NCBI GenBank assembly: GCA_965204535.1
Contig: OZ241996.1
Location: 192,001 to 256,000 of the forward strand
DNA length: 64,000 bases
Source of the DNA: a bacterium
GTDB taxonomy: Bacteria; UBA8248
Direction: 5' to 3'
In this document: piece after piece, positions 40,891 to 50,734 of the stretch
Layout of the letters: every line of letters starts with the position of its first letter
Position numbering within the stretch: the first letter of the stretch is position 1
The notes under the pieces: generated by a model
What the model saw: the letters and a program-made list of their open reading frames with translations, nothing else
Told to the model about the DNA's origin: nothing
Databases searched by the model: none
Position numbers and translations under genes: made by a program

Positions 40891-41763
40891 GTGACCGAGT
40901 GCCGCTACCACGGACGCGACTTCACGACGGAAGAGATGGCGCTGCTGCGCGAACTGATCGCAGGTCCACCTGCGCTCAACCGCCATGCGCTATCGAAGGA
41001 GTTCTGCCGCCGAATCGGCTGGTACAAGCCCGACGGCGGACTCAAGGACATGATGGCCCGGGTGACTATGCTGGCCATGCACAAGGACGGCCTGATCACG
41101 CTGCCCCCACCGAAGTGGCGCCAGAACCGGCCCGGGCCGATCGTCTTCGGACCCGACACCGAACCTCCCCTCATCCCGGCGCCTGAGACCCTCGACGAAG
41201 TCCGCCCCCTCGATATGCGCGTCGCCGTGCGCGGAACCCGCGAGGGCAGGCTCTGGAACGAGTTCGTCGCCCGCTACCACTACCTCGGCTACAAGACCCT
41301 CGTCGGCGCGCAGATGCGCTACGCCGTCCACGACCGGGGCGGCAGGCCCCTCGCCATGCTCGGCTTCTCCACCGCCGCGTGGAAGCTCGCCCCGCGCGAC
41401 AGCTTCATCGGCTGGACGCCGCAGCTGCGCGAGAAGAACCTCCCCCTCGTGGTCGACAACCCGAGGTTCCTCATCCTGCCATGGATCAGGATCCTCAACC
41501 TCGGCTCACACCTCCTCGCCATCATCCGCAGGCGCCTGCCCGAGGACTGGACCGAGCGCTATGGCACGACACCCGTCCTCGTCGAGACCTTCGTCGAGAC
41601 GCCGCGCTACACCGGCGCCGTCTACAGGGCATCGGGGTGGATTCACGTCGGTATGACCCAGGGGCGTGGACGCTACGACAGATACACGAAACGAGACCAA
41701 CCGAAAAAGGACATCTGGCTACGACCGTTGCGCAGAAACTGGAAGCAAGTCCTCAACCGGTAA
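40891..41763 (+). CDS. DUF4338 (DruA/Mom-like GNAT fold) protein
   Basis: ARYHYLG, RDSFIGW, NPRFLILPW, NLGSHLL and ETFVE...GAVYRASGWIHVG.T.GRGR. Confidence 0.88.
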   Translation: MTECRYHGRDFTTEEMALLRELIAGPPALNRHALSKEFCRRIGWYKPDGGLKDMMARVTMLAMHKDGLITLPPPKWRQNRPGPIVFGPDTEPPLIPAPETLDEVRPLDMRVAVRGTREGRLWNEFVARYHYLGYKTLVGAQMRYAVHDRGGRPLAMLGFSTAAWKLAPRDSFIGWTPQLREKNLPLVVDNPRFLILPWIRILNLGSHLLAIIRRRLPEDWTERYGTTPVLVETFVETPRYTGAVYRASGWIHVGMTQGRGRYDRYTKRDQPKKDIWLRPLRRNWKQVLNR

Positions 41764-41860
41764 AATCATCCCCCATTCCGGCCCGAACTACTGCTTCAAG
41801 GCACTACCATCACGGCCCGCCCGAACGCTTACTCCTTGTCGCCGGGTAGGTGTCCATATA

Positions 41861-42000
41861 AGTTTGAATCAGCCTGCTTTCGATTTGCTTACTTATTACA
41901 GAAAGCGAATCTCAATCGAAATTCCCAAATACAAATACCCGCAATACTTTTAATAAACTACAAGCATTTCACGCTCGCGGGAGATTCCCCAGCCTCTCTA
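41861..42000 (+). repeat. Dispersed repeat Y, copy 4 (right part; left part at about 37415-37446)
   Basis: AGTTTGAATCAGCCTGCTTTCGATTTGCTTACTTATTACAGA...ACAAATACCC matches copies 1 and 2. Confidence 0.75.
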
Positions 42001-42233
42001 AACGGACGAAACATCGGTTCGAAATTGTCCGCTCCTTGATTGGAACAGGTTCCACTGTCGTGACTCCGGACTTCTGGAAAGTGTTCTCGACGTTTTCTTT
42101 GTAGAAAATGTATATAGCCCTCGACCGGCTTAGGCTCCCTCCCAAAACCTGCTAAGATAACGCCAAACACTTCATGGAAAAGGGAATCGCCGAAAACCCG
42201 GGATTCTCCCTCGAATCAGGTGGAGTCTTTGCA

Positions 42234-43421
42234 GTGTCCGAACCATTCTTGCCGCTCGCGCGCTTCAAGGTGCTCGACCTCACGCAGGCCCGCTCGGGGC
42301 CAACGGCGGTGCGCCAACTCGCTGACTGGGGAGCAGAGGTGGTCAAGATCGAGCTTCCCGCCTCGATGGGAGTGGACGTGATGGGCGGGCGCAGGCACGG
42401 GTTCGATTTCCAGAATCTGCACCGCAACAAGAAAAGTCTCACGCTCAACCTCAAGACCGAAAAGGGCAAGGAGATTTTCTTCGAACTGGCGAAGAACGCT
42501 GACGTCATCGTCGAGAACTACCGTCCCCGCGTGAAGAAGCGCTTGGGCGTCGATTATGAGACCGTGCGGCGGGTGAACCCCGGAATCGTCTACGGAAGCA
42601 TTTCGGGTTTCGGGCAAGCGGGTCCCTACGCCGAGAGGCCGGGGCTGGACCAGATAGCCCAGGGAATGAGCGGGCTGATGTCGGTCACCGGCGCGCCGGG
42701 GGGCGGGCCGATGCGCGCCGGCGTTCCGGTTTCTGACTTGTCCGCGGGCATAATTCTCGCTCAGGGGATACTGATGGCTCTGCTCGATCGTGAGAAGACG
42801 GGCAAGGGGCGGTGGGTGCACACCTCCCTGCTCGAAGCGCAGATCCAGATGATGGACTTCCAAATGGCGCGCTACCTGATGGCGGGGGAGGTCCCCGGCC
42901 AGGCGGGCAACAATCACCCCACGTTCATTCCCACCGGCGTGTTCGAGACGGCGGACGGCCGTATCAACATCCAAGCGGGCGGGCAGCGTTTGTGGGAGCG
43001 CTTGACAGTGGCGCTCGGCGCGCCGGCGTTGGCGGAAAATCCCGACTACGCGGATAGAGAGAGCCGCCTAAGGAACCGAGACGCCCTGAATGCGCGCATC
43101 AACGCCCTGACGTCTCAGAAAAAAACCGGAGAATGGGTGGCGCTCCTGAACGAGGCGGGGATTCCATGTGGCCCCATCTATTCGGTGGATCAGACGATGG
43201 CGGACCCTCAGGTCGAGACGCTGGGCATGGCGCCTGAAGTCCATCATCCCGCACTCGGGCGGATGCGCGTCGTCGGCCAAGCCCTCAAGATGAACAATAG
43301 CCCCCAGCCCATGCGCTCCGCAGCGCCCGAGCCGGGCGAGCACACCGGAGAATTGCTGAAGGAACTCTTGGGCTATGACGCGGCCCAAATCGAGGCGTTG
43401 CGCGAGGAGGGCGTGGTGTGA
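42234..43421 (+). CDS. CaiB/BaiF family III CoA-transferase
   Basis: VLDLTQARSGP, LADWGAEVVKIE, NKKSLTLNLK and DVIVENYRP. Confidence 0.95.
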   Translation: MSEPFLPLARFKVLDLTQARSGPTAVRQLADWGAEVVKIELPASMGVDVMGGRRHGFDFQNLHRNKKSLTLNLKTEKGKEIFFELAKNADVIVENYRPRVKKRLGVDYETVRRVNPGIVYGSISGFGQAGPYAERPGLDQIAQGMSGLMSVTGAPGGGPMRAGVPVSDLSAGIILAQGILMALLDREKTGKGRWVHTSLLEAQIQMMDFQMARYLMAGEVPGQAGNNHPTFIPTGVFETADGRINIQAGGQRLWERLTVALGAPALAENPDYADRESRLRNRDALNARINALTSQKKTGEWVALLNEAGIPCGPIYSVDQTMADPQVETLGMAPEVHHPALGRMRVVGQALKMNNSPQPMRSAAPEPGEHTGELLKELLGYDAAQIEALREEGVV

Positions 43422-44212
43422 AGCCGGGCACGGAGAAGATGATCGCGAAGGTTGAGGACGAAATCGGCTGGATGGTCTTCAACAACCCCGAGAAGAGAAA
43501 CGCCGTGAGCCTCGATATGTGGGAGGCGATTCCGGGGATCATCGAATCCTTCGAGGCGGACGATGCGGTACGCGTCGTCGTCATGCGCGGGGCGGGGGAG
43601 AAGGCCTTCGTCTCGGGAGCCGACATTTCCGAGTTCGAGAAGAGGCGAAACGACCCCGGGAAGGTGAAACATTATTCGAGCGTGTTGTGGCGCGCCAAGC
43701 GCAGCCTGACGGGTCTGCGAAAGCCCCTGATCGCCATGATCCACGGCTACTGTCTGGGCGGCGGCCTGACGCTCGCCCTGAGCGCGGACATTCGCATCGC
43801 TTCCGAAGACGCCCTCTTCGGGGTTCCGGCGGCCCGGCTCGGCATGGCCTACGGGCACGAGAGCATGCGCGAACTCATCGCGCTGGTGGGACCCGCGCGC
43901 GCCAAGGAGATGACCTTTTCCGCAGAGCGGTTTTCCGCCCGGGAGGCGCTCGATTTCGGCCTCGTGAACCGCGTGGCGCCGGCGGAAGAACTCGAAGCAA
44001 GTGTCCGCGCCCTGGCCGCTAAAATCGCGGCGAACGCCCCCTTGTCCGTCCGGGCGTACAAGACGGCCATTGCGGAAGCCCAGAAAGACGAGGCGAAACG
44101 CGACCTGGAAGCGGTTCAGGCGGCCGTGCAGGCGTGTTTCGAGAGCGCGGACTACATTGAGGGAAGAAAGGCCTTCATGGAGAAGAGACCGCCCCACTTC
44201 ACGGGGCGCTAA
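43418..44212 (+). CDS. Enoyl-CoA hydratase/isomerase
   Basis: FNNPEKRNA, AFVSGADISEF and GYCLGGG. Confidence 0.93.
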   Translation: MKPGTEKMIAKVEDEIGWMVFNNPEKRNAVSLDMWEAIPGIIESFEADDAVRVVVMRGAGEKAFVSGADISEFEKRRNDPGKVKHYSSVLWRAKRSLTGLRKPLIAMIHGYCLGGGLTLALSADIRIASEDALFGVPAARLGMAYGHESMRELIALVGPARAKEMTFSAERFSAREALDFGLVNRVAPAEELEASVRALAAKIAANAPLSVRAYKTAIAEAQKDEAKRDLEAVQAAVQACFESADYIEGRKAFMEKRPPHFTGR

Positions 44213-44249
44213 GAGGTTGTCTGTTTGTATGTTTTTTAGGAGATAAGAA

Positions 44250-44582
44250 ATGGGCGGTTTTTACGATCTGCAGGAAGTGGACTACAAACAGCTCGAGGGC
44301 TACAAACGCCGGGTGATCGTGGGTGAGAACCTGATGCTCGTCTATGTCGAGCGCGAGGCCGGCTCCACCACGGAGCACAGCCACCCCAACGAGCAGATGA
44401 TCTATCTCTTGGAAGGCCGGGCGCGCTTCCGCCTCGGGGATGAGGAGCGCGAGATAAAGGCGGGCCAGGCGATACACGTCGAACCCGGTCTCGTGCATCA
44501 GGTCGATGCGCTCACGCCCATCCGCTACATCGGAATCTACAGTCCGCCACGCGAGGCGCTCATTCCGGGGAACGAGGGGTAG
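44250..44582 (+). CDS. Cupin-domain protein
   Basis: HSHPNEQ...H motif. Confidence 0.88.
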   Translation: MGGFYDLQEVDYKQLEGYKRRVIVGENLMLVYVEREAGSTTEHSHPNEQMIYLLEGRARFRLGDEEREIKAGQAIHVEPGLVHQVDALTPIRYIGIYSPPREALIPGNEG

Positions 44583-44639
44583 GGTTTCGGGCCGCGTTGT
44601 CAGGTAGCGCGGTCTTTTTCTATCGAAAGGAGAAAGAAG

Positions 44640-45815
44640 GTGGCCAAAGCCATAGGACGCGCCGATTGGTTCGCGTATTTCCCGGAAGACTACCGCTGGT
44701 CGGCGGCGGTGAGCATGGCGTGTTCCGTCTCCTACTGGGGCGGGGCGGCGATGGGGGAGATCGATCAGGTCGGAAAGCGCTTAAAAGACAAGGTGGGAGA
44801 CGATGAAGCCTGGTTCGATGAGTGGAGCGGGATGGGAGATCGGGTGCGGAGGCTGGGACTGGCCGCGGAGCGCAAAGGAAACGACTTGACCGCCGCGGCG
44901 CTCCTGAAGCGCGCCTGCACCTACTACCAGCTCGGCGAGCGTTTCCGCACGCCCAAGGACAGGAAGGCGCTCGCGGCGTACAGGAAATCGCTTGATTGCT
45001 TCGAGCGTTTCGCCCGCCTGACGGATTCACCCCGAATCGAGCGCGTCGAGATTCCCTTCGAAGGAGATGCCGCACTGCCCGCCTGGCTGGTTCACGCCGA
45101 GAACACGAAAAAGGCGAAGCCCCCCGTCGTGGTGTATTTCGACGGCTTGGACGTCACCAAGGAAATCCAGTACATGCTCGGCGTCGAGGACATCGTCCGC
45201 CGGGGGATGAGCGTGCTCATCGTGGACGCGCCCGGCAACGGCGAGTCCATCCGCTTCCGAAAGCTCTATCTCCGCTACGACCACGAGGCGGCGGGCGGGG
45301 CCGCGCTCGATTATCTCGAAACGCGCGACGACGTGAACGCGAAGCGCGCAGGCGTGATGGGCATCAGCCTGGGCGGGTACTACGCTCCCAGAAACGCGAG
45401 CATGGAGAGGCGCTTCAAGGCGTGTGTGGGCTGGGGGGCGGAGCCTGATTATCACGAGCGCTGGAAGCGGCGCATCGAGGCGCAGTACAAGAGCGCGCTC
45501 TCGGTGCCTCCGCACCACATCCTCTGGATACTGAACGCCAAGACGGTGGAAGAGGCGCTCGAAAAACTGGAGGACTTCCGGCTCGACGGCGTCGTGCAGA
45601 AGATGCGCTGCCCCTATCTTCTCGTGCACGGCGAGGACGATCAGCAGGTTTCCTTGGAAGCGGCCCGCGCGCTGTTCCGCCTGGTGGGTTCCAAGGACAA
45701 GACCCTGCGCGTGTTCAGGAACGAGGAGGGCGGCGCGCAGCACTGCCAGATGGACAACGTGCCCATCGCCGTTCCCTACATGTGCGACTGGCTCGCGGAG
45801 AAGCTGAAGGCCTGA
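44640..45815 (+). CDS. Alpha/beta hydrolase (2,6-dihydroxypseudooxynicotine hydrolase/FrsA-like)
   Basis: GLDVTKE, GISLGGYYAPR and GGAQHCQ. Confidence 0.88.
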   Translation: MAKAIGRADWFAYFPEDYRWSAAVSMACSVSYWGGAAMGEIDQVGKRLKDKVGDDEAWFDEWSGMGDRVRRLGLAAERKGNDLTAAALLKRACTYYQLGERFRTPKDRKALAAYRKSLDCFERFARLTDSPRIERVEIPFEGDAALPAWLVHAENTKKAKPPVVVYFDGLDVTKEIQYMLGVEDIVRRGMSVLIVDAPGNGESIRFRKLYLRYDHEAAGGAALDYLETRDDVNAKRAGVMGISLGGYYAPRNASMERRFKACVGWGAEPDYHERWKRRIEAQYKSALSVPPHHILWILNAKTVEEALEKLEDFRLDGVVQKMRCPYLLVHGEDDQQVSLEAARALFRLVGSKDKTLRVFRNEEGGAQHCQMDNVPIAVPYMCDWLAEKLKA

Positions 45816-45825
45816 CCGCCCTGAA

Positions 45826-47187
45826 TCATGAGGCGGCGAAGCGCTCGCAGATGGCCGCCATGTATTTCGCGCCCTCGATCAGGTGCTCGATCTTGAGGTT
45901 CTCGTTCACGCTGTGCGTGCGCGCGGTGATGTAGCCCACGCCCGTCGAGCACAGCGGAATCCCCAGGTGGCGGATGATCGTCCAGGTCGGCGTGCTCCCG
46001 CTGCCGAAGGGGTTGATGATCGCCTCCTTGCCGTAGACATCCTGTGAGGCCGCTTGGCACGCCTTGACGACCGTGCTTTCGGGGTCGCTTTTGGCGGGGA
46101 AGGAGCCCGGCCCCAGCATCTCGACCTCGATGTCCGCAAAGCCGTGCTCCTCCAGATGGCGGCGCACGCAGTTGTAGATGTGCTCGGGCGTCTGGGCCAC
46201 CACGAGGCGGCAGTCGATCTTCGCGCTCGCGCGTCCCGCGACGATGGTCTTTCGCCCTTGGCCGGTGTAGCCCGCGTTGAGGCCTGCGATGTTGAAGGTG
46301 GGATTCGTCAGATGCCGTCTCGGCAACTCCTCTCCCGGCAGATCGAGAAGAAAACGCCTGAGTTCGAATTTTTCCATCCGCGCCTCGGCGTCATAGGATT
46401 TTATCTTCTCGATCAGCGCCTCTTCGGTCTCGTTCAGGGGGACGACCTCATCGTAGTATCCATCGATCAGGATGTTCTCGTTCTCGTCTTTCATCGTGCC
46501 CAGCGCCCAGGTGAGCCGCCAGCCGGCGTTCTCGTAAATCTGGGCGTGGCTGCTGTGAAAATCCACGTTCGCCGTCTGGCAACTGAGCTCGATATAGCAC
46601 ATCCCCTTGTTGCCGAGTGAGAGGACGGGGGCGTCCTCGCGGAAGGTGTCCTCCCAGACGCAGCCGTCGGCAGCCAGGAGTTCCTTGTTCTCGGGCACGA
46701 AGTGGCGCAGCGAGGGGCTGCTCATCTCCTCGTTGCCCTCGATCAGGTACTTCACGTTGCAGGGAAGCTCACCGCGCACCGCCAGGAAGGCCTCAAAGGC
46801 GGCCAGACGGCTCATGATGTTGCCCTTGTTGTCCGTCGCCCCACGGGCGAAGACGTGGCCGTCCCGAATCGCGGGCTCGAAAGGCGGGCTTATCCATTCA
46901 TCCACCGGATCGGGCGGCTGGACGTCGTAGTGGTTGTAGAAGAGAAGCGTCTTGTCGGAGCGCCCCGGCAGAAAGCCTGTGAAGATGGGGTTGTGCGAGG
47001 TTTCATGCCGGGTGACGTCGAAGCCGGTTCTTTCCAGGCGCTCCTGGGTGAGTGCGGCCATGCCCTCTATCCCGATGTGGGTGGTGGAGATACTCGGCTG
47101 GCGGCAGAGCTCGCACAGATCCTCCACCGTCTGCTCTGCGTGCGCGTCGATGTAGGCGAATACGTCGGAAAGCGCTCCAGTCGTCAT
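45826..47187 (-). CDS. M20/M25/M40 metallo-hydrolase
   Basis: YNHYDVQPP, ARGATDNKG, EGNEE and THSVNEN. Confidence 0.92.
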   Translation of the reverse strand: MTTGALSDVFAYIDAHAEQTVEDLCELCRQPSISTTHIGIEGMAALTQERLERTGFDVTRHETSHNPIFTGFLPGRSDKTLLFYNHYDVQPPDPVDEWISPPFEPAIRDGHVFARGATDNKGNIMSRLAAFEAFLAVRGELPCNVKYLIEGNEEMSSPSLRHFVPENKELLAADGCVWEDTFREDAPVLSLGNKGMCYIELSCQTANVDFHSSHAQIYENAGWRLTWALGTMKDENENILIDGYYDEVVPLNETEEALIEKIKSYDAEARMEKFELRRFLLDLPGEELPRRHLTNPTFNIAGLNAGYTGQGRKTIVAGRASAKIDCRLVVAQTPEHIYNCVRRHLEEHGFADIEVEMLGPGSFPAKSDPESTVVKACQAASQDVYGKEAIINPFGSGSTPTWTIIRHLGIPLCSTGVGYITARTHSVNENLKIEHLIEGAKYMAAICERFAAS

Positions 47188-47317
47188 GGTTTCTCCTCAC
47201 GGCGTCATCGAGTGGATTCATGTTATAGGTGGATATATCATAGCCTGAATCTTCATCAACATTCACTTGGCCGGAGCGAAGCGGCCATCTGGCGCGGGAG
47301 GCGGGATTTTGGCGGAT

Positions 47318-48484
47318 ATGCCGGTGGAGGCGAACTGGTTCACGTATTTTCCGGGAGAGTACCGCTGGTCCTCGGCGGTTTGTTTCATGATTTCATGCGC
47401 CAGATGGGGCGCTTCGGAGATTGGCGAGATCGACCGGGTGGGGCGTCGGCTCGCCCAGGAGCCGGGAGATGACGAGGCCTGGTTCCGCGAATGGGTGCGC
47501 ATGGGCGACCGCGTTCGCAAGCTCGGTCTGGCGGCGGAGAATGAGGCTTCGAGCTTCACCGCGGCCGCCCATCATCTCCGGGCGTGCGTCTATTACCAGA
47601 TGGGCGAGCGCTTCCGCACGCCCAAGGACAGGCGTGGCCACACCGTCTTCAGGAAATCGCTCGATTGTTTTCAACGCTTCGCCAGCCTGACGAACAGGCC
47701 GCGAATCGAGCGCGTCGAGATTCCCTACGAGAGAGGCGCGTCGCTGCCCGCCTGGTTCGTCCACGCCGAGAACACGAGAAGAAGAAAGCCGCCTGTCGTG
47801 GTCTTTTTCGACGGTCTCGATAACACCAAGGAACTCGTCTACGTCCGGGGGGTGGAGAGCCTGGTCGCGCGCGGGATGAGCTGCCTCGTCGTGGACGGGC
47901 CGGGTTCGGGCGAGGCGGCGCGTTTCAGAAACCTCTACCTCCGCCATGACTATGAGGTCGTGGGCTCGGCCGCGCTCGATTATCTCGAAACGAGAGGGGA
48001 CGTGAACGCGAGGCGCGCAGGGATCATCGCGTTAAGCGCGGGGGGATACTACGCGCCCCGGGCGGCGAGCATGGACCATCGCTACAAGGCCTGCGTCGCT
48101 TGGGGAGCGATCTGGGACTACCACGCCACCTGGAAAAAGCGCCTCGCGGCCTGGGGGACGTCGCTGCACGCGGTGCCCGACCACCACATCCTGTGGATCA
48201 TGGATGCGAAGACGCCGGCAGAAGCGCTCGAAAAGCTCGAGGGCTTTCGCCTCGACGGCGTGGTGCAGAAGATGCGCTGCCCCTTCCTGCTGGTCCACGG
48301 ATCGGAGGACAAGCAGATACCCATGCGCGATGCCAGGAAGCTCTTTAACGCCGTGGGCTCCAAAGACAAGACCTTCAAGGTATTCAAGGCGAAAGAAGGC
48401 GGCGCGCAGCATTGCCAGCGCGACAACATGACGCTGGGGACGACCTACATCTATGACTGGTTGCAGCAGAAACTGGGGGTTTGA
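47318..48484 (+). CDS. Alpha/beta hydrolase, close paralogue of 44640-45815
   Basis: Same motifs; nucleophile elbow reads ALSAGG. Confidence 0.88.
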   Translation: MPVEANWFTYFPGEYRWSSAVCFMISCARWGASEIGEIDRVGRRLAQEPGDDEAWFREWVRMGDRVRKLGLAAENEASSFTAAAHHLRACVYYQMGERFRTPKDRRGHTVFRKSLDCFQRFASLTNRPRIERVEIPYERGASLPAWFVHAENTRRRKPPVVVFFDGLDNTKELVYVRGVESLVARGMSCLVVDGPGSGEAARFRNLYLRHDYEVVGSAALDYLETRGDVNARRAGIIALSAGGYYAPRAASMDHRYKACVAWGAIWDYHATWKKRLAAWGTSLHAVPDHHILWIMDAKTPAEALEKLEGFRLDGVVQKMRCPFLLVHGSEDKQIPMRDARKLFNAVGSKDKTFKVFKAKEGGAQHCQRDNMTLGTTYIYDWLQQKLGV

Positions 48485-48487
48485 GAG

Positions 48488-49417
48488 CTATTCCGTCAGC
48501 CGCTTCATCTTGGGGTCGAGCGTGTCCCGGAGCCAGTCGCCCAGCAGGTTCACGCTCAGCACCGTCAGCATGAGGATCATGCCCGGGAAAAACGCTATCC
48601 ACCACGCCGTGTCGATGTATTCGCGCCCACGGGATAGCATCCCGCCCCAGGTAGGCGTCGGCGGCGGAACGCCCACGCCGAGGAAAGAGAGCGCCGCCTC
48701 GATGATGATCATCCGCCCGAGATAGAGCGTGGCGATGACGATGGCGGGCGAGAGCACGTTCGGCAGCACGTGCATGAACAGGACGCGGAAGGTCGAGCAC
48801 CCCGAGGCCTTCGCCCCCGTGATGTATTCGACTTCCTTCACCGACAAGACGGTGCCGCGTATCACGCGCGCATAGACGATCCACGTTCTGATGGCGATGG
48901 CGAGGATGACGTTCCTCAGGCTCGGCCCTAGGATGGCGACGATGCTCATGGCCAGGAGGATGAAGGGTATCGAGAGCGCCGAGTCGATGATGCGGCTGAT
49001 GATCGAGTCGATAATTCCGCCGAAGTAGCCGGCCACGATACCGAGCGTGATACCGATAAAGCCGCTCACCACGACGGCGGCGAATCCCACGATGAGCGAT
49101 ATGCGCGCGCCCCAGATGATGCGGCTCAGCATGTCGCGCCCCTGCTGGTCGGTTCCGAGCAGGTAATAGTTGCCCGCCGCGTCGGTGAATCCCGGGGGCT
49201 TCAGGAAGATTCTCAGGTTCTGATCGTAGGGGTCGAGCGGCGCGAAGAACTCGGGCACGACGGCCCAGAGGAACACGATGACGAGGGTGATCAGACCGAA
49301 CAGCGCGGGCGGGCGGCGCCTCAGGTCCCGCATGGCCAACTGGAAGTTTGATGGCCCGCGCGGTTCTTCGGCTTCCTCCGCGAATTCGCCTATCGTCGCT
49401 TGCTGTTCCTGAGCCAA
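48488..49417 (-). CDS. Peptide/nickel ABC permease (DppC/OppC-like)
   Basis: LGTDQQGRDMLSRIIWGARISL, EAA loop and PTWGGML. Confidence 0.93.
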   Translation of the reverse strand: MAQEQQATIGEFAEEAEEPRGPSNFQLAMRDLRRRPPALFGLITLVIVFLWAVVPEFFAPLDPYDQNLRIFLKPPGFTDAAGNYYLLGTDQQGRDMLSRIIWGARISLIVGFAAVVVSGFIGITLGIVAGYFGGIIDSIISRIIDSALSIPFILLAMSIVAILGPSLRNVILAIAIRTWIVYARVIRGTVLSVKEVEYITGAKASGCSTFRVLFMHVLPNVLSPAIVIATLYLGRMIIIEAALSFLGVGVPPPTPTWGGMLSRGREYIDTAWWIAFFPGMILMLTVLSVNLLGDWLRDTLDPKMKRLTE

Positions 49418-49429
49418 AACCCTCTCCCC

Positions 49430-50365
49430 TTAGCTGTAGACGATGCGCGGGTCGAGCCACGCGTAGATGATGTCCACGATCAGGTTGATGATGACGAAAA
49501 TGAGCGCGAGCAGCGTCACCGCCGCCTGGACGACGGGATAATCCTGGTTGTTGATGGCGTCGATGACCAGAAAGCCCACGCCCGGCCACGCGAAGACGGC
49601 TTCGGTCACGACGGTGCCGCCGAGCAGCACGCCGAGTTCGAGCCCTATCAGCGTGACGACGGGGATGGAGGCGTTCTTGAGCGCGTGGCGCACGACGACC
49701 AGATACTCCGAGACGCCCTTCGAGCGCGCCGTCTGGATGTAGTCGCTGCCCAGCACCTCAAGCATGCCCGAGCGCACCACCCGCATGATGCGCGCCGTCT
49801 GGTAGAGCCCCGCCGTCAGCGCGGGGAGGATGATGTACTCCCATCCCTCGTATCCCGATGTGGGCAGCAGGTCGAGGGCGACGGCGAAGACGAGGATGAA
49901 CATGAGGCCGAGCCAGAAGTTCGGCATCGACTGGCCGAACATCGAGCCGACGGAGCTGACGTGGTCGATCCAGGTGTTGCGGAACGTGGCCGACAGGATG
50001 CCGGTGGGCAGGGCGACCACGATCGAGATGATGACGGCGACGATGGCCAGGTCAATGGTCGCCGGAAAATGCTCCAGCACCAGGTCCACGGCGGGGAGCT
50101 CGTGGCGGAACGAATAGCCGAAATCCGCCCGGAGAACGCCCTTGCTCTTCCCGAAGCCGAAGAGGAAGTTGTAGTACTGCACGTGGAGCGGCTTGTCGAA
50201 GCCCATCGCCTTTCGGAACTCGGCCACGTCCTCGAGGGTGGAATCCTCGGGCATCAGCACGTCGGCGGGGTCGCCCGTCAAGTGCAGCATCACGAAGACG
50301 ACGACCAGCACCACCTTGATGACGATCAGGCTTTGGAGCAGCCTGCGGATGACGTATGCCCGCAT
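49430..50365 (-). CDS. Peptide/nickel ABC permease (DppB/OppB-like)
   Basis: DKPLHVQY, DYIQTARSKG, HALKNA and LDPRI. Confidence 0.93.
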   Translation of the reverse strand: MRAYVIRRLLQSLIVIKVVLVVVFVMLHLTGDPADVLMPEDSTLEDVAEFRKAMGFDKPLHVQYYNFLFGFGKSKGVLRADFGYSFRHELPAVDLVLEHFPATIDLAIVAVIISIVVALPTGILSATFRNTWIDHVSSVGSMFGQSMPNFWLGLMFILVFAVALDLLPTSGYEGWEYIILPALTAGLYQTARIMRVVRSGMLEVLGSDYIQTARSKGVSEYLVVVRHALKNASIPVVTLIGLELGVLLGGTVVTEAVFAWPGVGFLVIDAINNQDYPVVQAAVTLLALIFVIINLIVDIIYAWLDPRIVYS

Positions 50366-50734
50366 GTTTCGACCTTTCCTGACGCGCTCTCTCGTGAGCC
50401 GGGCAACCGACCACGCGAGGCGGGGTCTCCAATATCTTCCTGGATGCGCTCTGCTCCGGTGCGGAAAATGAGGAAGACGCCGCTTGTGCGATAAAGACGT
50501 ATTTCTCTATAATGCCGTTCAATCATTATAAGTCGAAGGGATTGATGCTTGTCAAATTGAATGCCCGTCCCGCTTGAATTGCGCCTGTCCGAGCGGTGAA
50601 GGCGTTCCCGGGCGGGGCCGATTACCGGGGCGCGGATCATGCGCCGCGTTAGCTGTTTTTGCAGCAGGGTATTGGAAGGAAGTTTTCGTCTGTTTTCGGA
50701 TTCTCGTTACGACACGAAAGGGAGGATGATTCAC

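Larger units (their letters stand above)
38420..41832 (+). mobile_element. IS66-family element with DUF4338 passenger gene
   Basis: Perfect 26-bp TIR GTAAGCGTTCGGGCGGGCCGTGATGG; 8-bp target duplication TCCTTGTC (38412-38419, 41833-41840). Confidence 0.95.
37447..41860 (+). mobile_element. Degenerate IS1111-group (IS110 family) element interrupted by an IS66
   Basis: Sub-terminal IRs ATGGACGCCTACCCG (37454) and CGGGTAGGTGTCCAT (41843-41857), 7 and 3 nt from the ends; removing the element restores CGCAGG|AGTTTGAAT as at 19450. Confidence 0.85.

Noticed and set aside
40891-41763. Druantia defence system
   Set aside because: Only the DUF4338 gene is present, inside an IS, with no DruE helicase or partner genes
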